Source: Convolutriloba macropyga (lineage: Eukaryota). Taken from it: 64,000 nucleotides of DNA. The first letter of the stretch is position 1. Every line of letters begins with the position of its first letter. Below are positions 25,001-37,000 of this stretch, piece by piece. The stretch is from positions 53,010,001 to 53,074,000 of the forward strand of contig NC_134478.1 of the NCBI RefSeq assembly GCF_964194025.1. Reading direction: 5' to 3'. The position numbers and the translations under genes are program-made. The notes under the pieces are model-generated. The model was not told the DNA's origin, did no database searches, and saw only the letters and a program-made list of their open reading frames with translations.

Positions 25001-28000
25001 ATAATAACTGGTTTTAAAAAATTGAAATTCTCTGTTGAGCAAAACCGAAGTTTGATTTTTTTTTCAAATGACTTATTGATTTCTAACTAGAGAATGGCAA
25101 ATCTCGGAAGTCTTTCCTGTCTTTAAATTTCAAATTTTTTAGCCCATTTTCCTTCTACCTAAAATTCTCTTTTGCCCGATTTTAGTGATTAATCTTTTGT
25201 TTAAACATATAGTTTACACTAGGAACGTCTTCATAATTTTTATTTCCACTGATCGATTTTTTGGATACTATAACAAATTAGAACAGCTGTCTGGAAATTG
25301 AACTTCTGAAGTTATTTTGAAACAAACTGATTATTGTTTTGTTTACTAAAGGGGAACTAAACAAGAAAAAAGCTCGGGCCATTTTACGAGTTCCTGAGCT
25401 CATCTTATAATAGTAGCAGTTTTGTGTTGTTGAAAAATCCTCAATTCTTTTTAACATCGCCGCAATGTAATTTCAAACAAAACATTTTGCAGAAAGTTAT
25501 TTCTGACTGGGGTGACAGACCAGCGAATGCTTAGCTGTTTTATTATGTTTAAAAATCACCACCTCAAAAATTGCAAATGATAACCATGCCGTCTAAATAA
25601 GTATTCAAGCTACAAAGTATTTTCACGAGCCAGTGTTTGTTATAGTGGTGAGCGCGCGAAGGAAAGCGAGTTCAAGTTTTATTCGAATTTGGAAATATTC
25701 GTCAACATTGTTCACAAAAGCTGCGTTGTAATTTACTTTCAAAAAAGACGGCAAGTATCCTATGGTTTAATTTGCGGCCGTATAGATTAGTTAGCTTGAA
25801 TCTGTTATTTAAGGCTATTTTTAAAAGTCCTCGCAAATTTTCCCCGTTTGATATTCGTGTCTCAGAAATTGTTGCAAAATATCCAAAAAACAGAGCGTAT
25901 TAGAAAACTGCGAGGAAAGAATGGAAAAATATACTTTGAAACCTGTGATGCGTCTTAAATAATTTGTATTCTTCAGCAGTAAACCAAGTTAAAGTCCCAG
26001 ACGGGATCAAGTATTACAAAACTGAAGATCAACTCGCGAGGCGAGTCATATGTTCAAAAGTACATACTCTGGAAACAATGAAAAACGCATGAAAATCTGG
26101 ACATCAACTTAGACACTGTTTCCTCGAGGCACGGTAGAAAGAGAGAATTAACTGGCTCTTTCAGTCCAGACCCTAGATCCTGGACACCAGACCTCTGCAG
26201 ACACAATATTATAATCCTCATCGCTGTACTTTTGCGGAAATAAGTTGGGACTAAACGCTCTATCCCCACTTCAAGTAATTGAAGGAGGGTATATAGTTTT
26301 TTGCTTTTCGCAGAAGATTAGCTGACCAGAATGTCTTATTAGCGAAGGAAGAAGTTGATTGAAAAGTTTTGATCACAGATTGGGAGGATATTAGACTTAC
26401 GAAGTGGATTGTTTGGTGTGGTGCCTTTAGAACATACAGTGGCACCTGAGGGTGATTGGGCACAAGAGTATCCTGAAGGGCAGCAACTCTTCTCATCAGA
26501 ACAACAGACAGCATTTGACACACCACAGTACCCATAGTACTCCCCATTTGCATTGTGGCAACACCTACACATTTATATTTCTTTAAATCGAAATGTCGAT
26601 ATTTCTATTTTCATGACTCCAGTGGAAGCACAATCAACCGAAATTTTTCAAAATAATTCTACCCAGAAAGTTCTACCACACTTGAGTACAAAATATTTTA
26701 AAACGTTTTGGTACGGGTCTGGTTCCACTGGAGTCATAAAACTGATGGACAAAACTCATAATTAGGGTTGAAATATCCTATGCAATTTAGTCAAAGTACC
26801 ACTTCAAAAAATCCAGAACCAGGGACCAAAGCGACAAATCTTGAGAAGGAAATAAACAAACTTTCGGTAATAAAATATAATAAAAGTAGATTACTGATTT
26901 TAATCAACCATAGATACGTACAAAGCCATACACTGAACAGTCAGATCTGTTCGGAAAAAAATTCTCTACACGAAGGTTGAACGACTTTTATTCAGACATT
27001 TTTAACATCAATTAAGGCAAGTAGTTTCTCTTCTTACAAAAGCTGTCGTTCTTAAAATAGCTTTCCGTAATATGCAACGTTAAGGAAAGTGATTAAAAAT
27101 TTCAATTAGCTAATTGGCTCACAATAGGTTTATTTGGAGGCACCTCGACCGCAGTTGGCAAAATTTATATAAAGTATATAGTAAATCTATTTTTATTTTT
27201 CAATTTTTTAGTAGCAAAACATGATGAGAAACAGTATGATCAGAATTGAGTTGTTGAGTTATGCAAGTCGTAGTTTTTTTTACGCATTAAAGCGTTTCAT
27301 TTACTAATGGAACATTGAAACAATAAAGCCAGCAGCAGAAACGAAAAAAAAAATAAAAAGTGTTTAAGTGAGTCTGCACTTAATATTCCAGCCCATCAAA
27401 CAAACAATTTGAAAAGACAAACTAATTTATCCCCGATGTGAATCTTGAGTAATGCATTGAACTTGGTTATAATTGTCCCCAATGAGGCATCTGAAAGTTA
27501 AATATAAATTTAAAATAGTTGGTCATAGTAGTACAAAAACTATGGAACTAGAGTGTCTAAGCGGTCTAAAGTAACATTGAATCATTCAACAGAAAGCTTG
27601 TGGAAATATTTGCTCAACAAAAAAGATTGAGGTTCTTAGGTAGTCAAAGATAAGTTTTTCGATTAAGTAAAGACTAATGAGATTCAGATTTGGAAGAAAA
27701 ATTTGTAGTCTCAGACGCGTAGAGAAACGAAATGGAACTTTGATTAAAAAATGGTCCATTACCTGGAAGGTTATAAAAAACTAAGCAATTTTATCGGTTA
27801 GATTGACAAACAAGCCCAAACAAAAGATTGCTATGGGTTTTTTAAGGGGTCGCAGAAAATATATGGCATTAATACACAAAAGCGTTAAATCACAAAATCC
27901 ACAAGAATTGAGCAGGAGCTTTCTCTGCTGAGTGACGTAACTTATAATAACCAAAAAAGCGGGTGATCCCCCAACAGTAAGGAGATGTGCCTGGATGAGG

Positions 28001-31000
28001 AGTTTCACCTTGGTCTTTTGGTTTTCCCCTGTTGGAACTGGTCGCCACCGCTCTGGTACTGCTCTCAACGATATTACACTATTTGCGTGAACAAGGCCTG
28101 AGTGCAACGGCAAGGAGACATGAGGACGGCTACACTGCAAGTGACAAGTTAGTAAACATTGATTTGACTCAACAATGCGTTATTTTGCGGTGACTGTTCT
28201 AGCGTAAGCACCCTAAAAGGGTCAAATTTGCATAAGAACACATCTTGTTTTGGTCACAGTCCGTTTTCCCAAGAGAAAATTTAGGAACTGTTGTAAACTC
28301 TTCCTATCTGAATTCAGCAAAAAATTGGAGGCTGAGACTCCAAACTAACTGTTTTACTCTTAGACGACAGATGCACACACTCGGCCGCAATCTCTTGACT
28401 TGCTTGACTCATTCGTCAGAGTAATAATCCAGTTCATGTACCTACGCTGCGTGGTTGGTTAAACAGCGCATTGAAGGAGCTGTTTTAACGCGTTTTAAAC
28501 CGCCTGCTTAGAGTTCATAATATGGACACGCACGTTTGAAAAAAATGCATTTGAATTAAGAGTTGAAACGATATTTAACAGTGCATGCGCCTCATCATTA
28601 ACGGGTGCATGCGACTGTTTTGCGTTAACGTTGTCTCTTTCTATTTCGCCCTGGCGTGAAATGATATGACAATCTGCCCAGTGGGAGGTGGATGATTAAA
28701 GCGCATTGCACCAACTTTCACAACTTGAGAAAACAAAAAGTTAGTTGGTGCAAATTTAAAAAAAGACAAATTTAAAAAAAGTTTTTTTTCTAAACTGGGA
28801 GAAGCGGTCTTTAATCCATTTCGTCTAATATAAACCAAGTTTCAGCCGCAATCGAATAGACCCACTCAATTTGCCAAATTTCTTTGTCAGTTTAGAGAAA
28901 TTTCAATTTTTCCAACATTAATGACGTTTTTTCAAGGAAAAACCCAAAAACCATAAAAGGATTATATCAAGCCTTTCGAGTCATAAGGATTAGCTGCCCT
29001 AATTTGTTTCTCATTCGGACCCCAGTGCAAAGTTCGTACGAGTGCATTCCGAAAAAAGGCACCCAGTAAAGTTTCAGGTAAGAATTATATCGTAAAGCTA
29101 AGCGGCAGGGCGCCTATCCCGCTGACACTTTGTGATTAATCATCACTTGCGCGCGCCATCACCAGGCATTGCACTATTTCGCAAAGTTTTCACCTCTGCC
29201 ATTGTATGTATGAGCTTCTGGCTCCGCAACAATTGGCGCAGATCAATTTCAGCATTTTGAAATCAGCGCTCAATTATTTCAAGTATATGTCGCATGAATC
29301 TGCTCGATGTCTCTGAGAAATTGGGCGCGCCGAAAATTTTGTTTTACACATAAAAAACTTGGAGATGGACTCTGGGGTGGTCTCCTAGCAGCCTTTTATT
29401 TAACATTACCACTCGCAGGTTCAGGTCAGAAAACCGTCATGGTTTATTCTCATTCTGACTTGTTGGTCTCTAAGTGAGAATTTCGAAGTGGTTTCAGCTG
29501 AGAGCCACGTGACCCTGCTTGTAAAACACGCAACTTTTCAGTATGGAGACGATGATAGTTAATTAGCTCGTGCTATTGTTTTAATTAGGGTTTTTGTCAG
29601 CAATCTAAAAGATTCTTCGAAGACCAGACAAAGTTTTTTTCTTCAGTTTGATTTAAAAAGTTGTCTCGAAAAGCTTTGAGTTTCAATTTTCGGATCTATT
29701 CTTGGTCCCAACCCCCCAAGTTTAGTAGGCATATAACTTTTATGGGTCTAGGAAGTAAACCCCCACGGAAAATAACCCCCACGGAAAATAACCCCCACGG
29801 AAATAAACCCCCCACGGAAATAAACCCCCATTTTAAAATTGAATTTTGGTCGTGATAATTTGTTCGGTTGTGATAGTTTCATATCAAGTCCCACGGGCCG
29901 CTGAGGCAATGCCATGGCTCACGAGGCATGGCCAAACGCGCTAAATGCGCAGCTCTTTAATAGTAAAGTGGGGGTTTGTTCCCGTGGGGTTTATTTCCTA
30001 TCTAAAATGAAGTGGGTTTTTTCCGTGGGTTTTTTTCCGCAACCGAACTTTTACACCCATAGGCGCACGTGCTATTTTTATACATAATAACGTGTTGTAT
30101 AACAACAACACATATTTTCCAACTGGCCGTCATAAAAAACACAGAAGCGGGCGGGGAGAAGGGTGGGGACAGAACAAATCCCAATGTTTTTGTAGTGAAC
30201 AACTTGGCCTCTCAACTAACGTAGCAGTCTCGGGGCAACATCCCGCAAAGGTATCTGTTCCGTTAGAAGAGCCAGAGCCAGTGTCGTAGCAGCACTTCTC
30301 TCCAGACTCACAGGTCCCAGACTTGTCCAGTTCACACGTCACAGAGTCATTGCCCGCCTTGTACGGGTTCAGTTTCGAGATTTGGGGGTTTCTCGGGTGC
30401 AGTTTTTGGGCCAGTACAATTTTCAATGGGGTCAAATCTGTAAACAGAACCCGGGTCGAGGTGTCACCGCTAAAAATCGCTAAAAATGTAAGATTTGCGG
30501 TCAATTTGAGTGAAAGTGTAAGATTTGCGTTCAATGCGATGAATGCGGTGAAGAAAAACATATAAGCGGTGAAAAATTTTTTCTCACCGCTTAAGCGGTG
30601 AAAGAAAATTTTTCACCGCTACCAGCAGAATGCGGTGAAAAAAAATTTTCAGCGCTACCAGCAGAATGCGGTGAAAAAAAAATTTCACCGCTATCAGCAG
30701 AAGGCGTTAAAAAAAATTTTCACCGCGCTAATTTCAACGCTTATCATAAATTCAAAGGAAATATAATTGAAGTCAGCGACAGATGGCGCAGTGGTATAAG
30801 AAGTGGTTGACATGCACGAGGTGAGAAGCTCGAACTAGCGTACGTCAGTTTCTTCTTTGTAAGAAACCCGGTTAATGCGGTGAAAAAAAAAATTTCGCGC
30901 TAAAAACCGCAAAAATTCACCGCATTCAACGCTAAAAGATGCGGGCGCTTTGCGATGAATTTTTTTCACCGCTATCGCCACTAATCTTATATTATTTTTT

Positions 31001-34000
31001 GACCAAACCTCGAGTCGGGAAAAAAAAGGTATCACAGTTTGAAAATTGCACCATCAACAAAACTTCTTAATATTGCGAAATTCCCCAAAAATAAGTCTAA
31101 TCAGATTTTCTAACTCCACTCCTCATAAGTAGAAGACCACGTCTTGGCCACCTAGACAAAGAATTATAGCAAATTTTTTATAAGAATGAGAAAAAAATTT
31201 AATGAAGACTTCTTCAATTCATACTATTGGACTCTACCACCTCAAATTATTTTAAATATTTCCTATTCGATTAGTTTTTTAAAATAACGTAAATAGCTGA
31301 GAGGCAATAGGTAAAAATGAGCATTCGGAAATGGAACTTTTATTAGGCTACGTTACAAGCATCTATCGGTACCAAATTTAACCTACTTTCTAATGAAGTG
31401 CATACATACCAAAAGACTACTCGATATCTCCGATATGAAATGCTAGATTTTTTGTAGCTATTTTGTGTCTTTTAATCAAGGGAATATATTCTTATAACAA
31501 CAGTAATTTAGCTTAAAAATGTTTGCATTTCGTCTGCAAATATTATCATCTGGGGCTGAAATTTCGGGAGAATTTGTTTGGGACTGTTTTGTTTGTTCAC
31601 CGAGTTTGTTCAGTTCCTATGTTAAAGTTTGCCTAAAGTCAGAGCAATTTTTGACTCTGGGCATTTTGTGGGTCTCATTGTCTTACCGTATTTCTTTCCA
31701 TTTGGCTTTTTTTCAATAAAACCTGTAATTGTTCCGACCCCTCTTTAGGGCGGGAGGAACTAATTACTCAACTGGGTTATTTTGTTCAGACAATTTTGAC
31801 TGATCGATATATTCATCGTAGAGAGTTGTGAGTGGTATCATTAAAAAGCCAGTCCAGCCTAGAACGTGGAAGTAAAACGATTTGTCTGAATTTCGTTTTC
31901 TAGAGCGAGTTATCGTGATTTAAATTTTTGTGAATATTGCACCGATTTGCGTTATTTTTATTCACATATTCCGGAATTTTTGCCTAAAGTTTTGTCAATT
32001 TTGCTAAAATATGTAAAAATTGTTAACAATAGTACTCTTGGTTTTATTTTTAAAGACAATAGATATTGTTGATTATTTTGATTTATTGTTTTGGCTAAAA
32101 TTTCGGCTAAACATTTCAAAATTCAATCTTTTTCATCAAAAAATGCCAAAAATAAGCTTCTGTAGTCAACTTTGATTAAATTTGTCGATGTATACATCCA
32201 AAAAAACTAAAACAAACTACAAAGGGCGCTAATCCAACCCCCACTTCCATTGAGAGTATTCTGGAATTAAACTTTAGGCGTTTTTGTTAACTTTACTCTT
32301 TGATTATCAAAAAACGCAGCATTCATTTTTGATCCTTTATCTAACAATTTATCTAGATCTATAACACTCGAAACAATCGAGTGTTCTTAATGGACAAACA
32401 GCAACAGAAAGGCTGGTTTTGGTCCAATCTTGGACTGTTACAATCCAAAAATAATTCGGACTGTAATCAGTTGATAATTTTTTAATGTTAATTAAAGAAC
32501 AGAACAATTAGAATAGAAGCTCAGTGTTGAGAGGTCGAATTGGCATCATAAGCAGCTCTAAATTAATTTATCTATTTTCTTTGCTCAAGTTTTTGGTCGT
32601 TTTGACTTTTAAAAATGATAGTAAATTTTAAAAATCTTAGTGCCGGCAAAAAAAAGAAAGCTTCGTCTTCCTCCTCATTCTACTGAATTAAAATGTAGTC
32701 TTTTTTGCTCGTTAAGTTGTAGTTCTCTAGTTTTGATACTAATAGATTTCACAAATTTTCGAATTTTTGGTAGTGGCCCATTTTTCACTATATTTTTTCT
32801 CGTTTTGTCATAGTATCACATTATTGAAAGTTCTCATATTTCATTATTGGCGATAAAAGACTAAAGAAAAATGGAACATTTTAAAATCTTTAAAGGCATG
32901 GATTTTGCTTTCAACGGCTTAGACACCCCTTTCCCGAAAAATTTATTTGGTTTTTTTACATTTGTCTTTAACTGTCGTTTTTAACTTTGTCTTTTAGGAA
33001 GTAAAAAATTTCCTGGATTTGGACAGGTCGCTTTGGATTTTTATGGAGTAATGAATGAGCTGATATTCTGATTTGAGTAGATGGCTGATGGCTTTCAGGT
33101 CTTTGAAAACAATTGTTTTCAAAAAGTTAAAAAATATCTATTTTTTAACTTTTGTTCTTTTCTGTCTATTTGATACCTAGTCTCGTTTATCACAGTTCAA
33201 ATATGACATTATTGTTTTCTATGGAAGGTGCAAGTGTAAACAAAAATCAAGGTTTTTAATAGATTTCGTTATGAATTTACTGGCTTCGACACAGGTTTTT
33301 CGCAAAAGAATAAGTTATTTTTTTTGATTGTCGTCTAAATTTGACGCTCTTTTTGTAGACCTAAGACATATTCTGAATATCTATACGTCCCAAGTGCTTG
33401 TTTTGGATGAATAAACAAACGTATTTATTTATTTCTTCGTGTAGATAATGGCTTTGTTGGCTTTGAATTTAATTGTTTGCTAAAAATACAAAATTATTAC
33501 TTAAATTTGATATTTTTCCCCTTTTTTTTTACTTATAACCTATTCTCATTAAAGAAAGCTCACAAATCACAGTAGTTAAGTTCGAAGAAGACTCAATTGA
33601 AAAAAATTTGGGTGTCAAATATGCCTTTACGGCTTCGACAGCGCTTTCTCGCAATTTTTATTTGAATTTTTGTGTGTTGTCTCTATTGTTGTTGTTTTTG
33701 TTACCGCAAAAAAATTAACGAAGACAGGTCTTAATGCCCTCTAAGAGGCGTATGTGATCGTAAACATGGCGGATGTTTTCGATTGCTATCTAATGGTTTT
33801 CATCACTTTGAAACTAATTGTTTCTAAAATATTCGACCAATTTTTTAATTTTGCTGTTGTTTGTTCTTTTTTGTCTAATTGTTACAAAGCCTTATTATGG
33901 AGTATTTCCATACCTTTTTTAGTGAAATGCAAGTTGTTTTGTTTAGTTTCAGTTTTAGCTGACATTATTTTGACCTTGCTAAAAAGATTTTTTAAAAAAT

Positions 34001-37000
34001 GGGCAACGTTTTTTTTATGAAATTGATGTTTGTTGTTATTTTTGTTTGATTTTGTTGTTCGTCTTGACTTGCTTTCTTAATAATGGCTGCTCTCATCAGT
34101 CGGATGCGGCATTTTTACTCGGCTGAGCTATCTGCGTTGGAGGCGATCTTTTTGTTCACACATTTAAAAAAATACTTTTGGGGGCTCTCTATCTATTCTT
34201 CATTTGGTAGACATTTATGCCGAAGACGTGGATGAGTGGGGTCAGAACTTTATGTGCAAACGCACAGTACCGAGCCTCCTTGATAAAGTTAAAGATAAGC
34301 ATTATCCCTTGGACCGTAATACAAGCAGCTACTAGCAGTGTTAAAACACTATTTCTATCTTACTCCTAGAAAAAAATGCTTATAATACTTTCACAAGGGT
34401 CAAAGATAAGTTTGAAGATGAAAAACTTCAAAATGACGCAGGAAAATTTCAAACCACAGCAACAATAGCGTCATTGCTTTTTAACAGTCAGGAGAAAATA
34501 TCTCCAAAAATATTTGCAAAAAAATCTTTTTATTATTCCATAAGCTTTTCATCAGAGTCGACGAAGGCTTTGCTGTTCTGAGGTATACAAAATTCGCGTT
34601 TTTGACAAAACGATGTACTCGAAATTTACAAATTTGCAGCTTGAGACAAAGGCAAGAAGCCCCAAAAATCCAGTTGAGGGCTCACAAACGGCCTAGCATT
34701 AATAATAAAGAAACTAGACTAAAAAACAATTTTTAAAAAAAGAATTCATTGTGTTTTACCATCCCCGTAGCGGGCACTGTTCTTTAAAGCAGAATGACTT
34801 AAATAAACATTCAGAATCTTTTTAACAGGCCAAATGAAGACATTTTTTCCGAACGGCAAAGCATTTTTATCAGCCTACGCAGCGTCTTCCGTGGAGTTTT
34901 CATAGTGGAAACATCCGTTCAGAAATCACAATGAATAAAATTGTTCCCGGCGTTCCAAATCAATTCGCTCGGTGAATTGATTAGGAACGGGAATGGTAAC
35001 TTTCCAGGTTTTCTCAACCGGAATTAGCGCAATTCTATTCACTGGGAAAGCTTGTGCCAAGTTTTCGGAAATGTTAGATGAGTTAAAAGATTAAGTTTTG
35101 AGAAATATGCATGTTTAGTCTTGAATTAGGTAATAACGAGCAAATATTGAAATTCGAACATGCAACTTGAGACTGATCATGGTTGGGTCATGGATGGGCT
35201 ATCGTAGAGAGGTCTTATTATGACAACAATTTGTAGCACAAAACAAAAAATTATGTTAGAGGTCACGGGGCGTCTCTAAAAGTTCCCCCAATTACATTTT
35301 CAAATTTTGGGTAAGCACGATAGTAAGGAAAGATTTTGCATTAATTTGCAGGATTTTGCCTTCTTCAAAATTAAAGTCAAGTCATCACAAGAGTTACATA
35401 ATTTTCTTGAAACATATAAATTACTCAGAATATAAACCTAGGGTTAGATATCTACAGGCTTTAGAATGTTAAATAAATTAACCAGTTTTGTTAATAATAT
35501 AACAATATTCAAATTGTGGCTGTTCGTTCATAGGTGAAAATAGGATTTGAAGGCTCCTATTTGTCTATTAACGGGTACTTTCTTGCGTCGATCGAGCAAA
35601 ACCTCGGTTAAAACATTTTTAAAGCAAGTTTTACTATTATAAAATCTTATTGAAGTGGGCAATTTGTTCCATTTTTGAACGCTTTTCAAGGTTAAAGTTT
35701 TGTTACTCCATTTCGTTTTCGTTTTCTTTTTTTAATAATTTGATTCGTTCTCCTGTTTTGTCTAGCTTTGTGGCGACTAGTAAACATTTTAAAATTTTCG
35801 GATGTTTCCCAGTGTCTTATATCTGTTTGTAGCTTCGTTAGGCGAACTTTCGAGATGAACAATTCGCCTGGCAGGATACGATCCTTCATGAGAAGATCAA
35901 TGGAGTGGTCAAACTTTTGTCGAATATAACAAACTTTTATTCCCCAGTTAATTTGCCTGTTTATGCGGTTTATGTTTTTTGCTGTAAGAGTTTGAAGGAA
36001 TACTCAACTGAAGGAAAGATGAGAGAGTACAACTGACTTGAAAGCATCAATTCTGACTTTCAAAGGAATTCGATTTCTTACAAGAGACAAAGAACGAAAT
36101 GCATTAGCCATATAGCTTGAAACTGAGTTCACTTAATTTTCTAAGGCTAGGTTTGAATCAATTTGAACTCCCAGATAACGACAAGCATGAGCTGGTTGGC
36201 TAACTTCGCCTTTAAAAGAAAACTCTGGATCCGAGTTAGTATGATTTGTAAAGAATAAAATCTCTATATTATAGGCATTTAAAGTAAGTTTTTTCTCTGT
36301 AAGATAGTTGTCTGTTTGTTCTAATATTTTTTCAATTTTTTGTGGAATGTTCTCATTACGTTCAAATTTGCATATTATACTAGCGTCATCCGCAAATTGT
36401 ACAACTTCTTTTTCAACTTCCAGTTTTTCAGAAAAATTGTTGACACATAACAGAAAAATAAGAGGTCCTAAAAAAGTTCCTTGTGGAACACCATGATTAA
36501 TAGTTATTTTATCTGATAAGTCAATACCCAGTTTTACGCATTGTGTTCGATTTGCGCGAAAAGATTTGAAAAGTAAAATTGTTGAATGAGAGAGATTGGA
36601 ACTTTCAGCTGTCTTGAGAAAGATCGCAAGTGAAATTGAATTGAAAGCTTTTGCAAGATCTAAGAGCACAGCACCTGTGTCGTTGTTATCTTCCATATTT
36701 CCTATTAAGTTTTCAATAAAGTAAAGCACAGCATCAGTAAACGACTTTCTGGATTGGAAACCGAATTGTTTTTTGTTCAATAGCGCAAACGTTTCAAGAT
36801 ATTCTACTAACTGATTAAGTAAAAGTCTCTCAAAAACTTCTGCGAAACTTGTGTTACGGAAACTGGACGATAATTAGTTAAAGCAGAAGCATCTCCTTTT
36901 TTGAAAATCGTTTTGATGTGTGCATCCTTAAGAATTGTTGGAAAAACTTTCTCTTGAATACAATCGTTAAAAATAATCCGAAGATGTGTCCCAATAGCAT

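Noticed and set aside
22006-25657. Direct repeats interpreted as the LTR pair of one retroelement
   Set aside because: They lack TG...CA ends and a TSD; the LTR-like sequence lies between them.
27781-28140. TACTAAC branch point and ttgcag acceptor with an open phase-0 frame (CSRPHVSL...) inside progranulin intron 3
   Set aside because: Flanking exons need phase 2; in that frame a TAA stop follows within about 20 codons.
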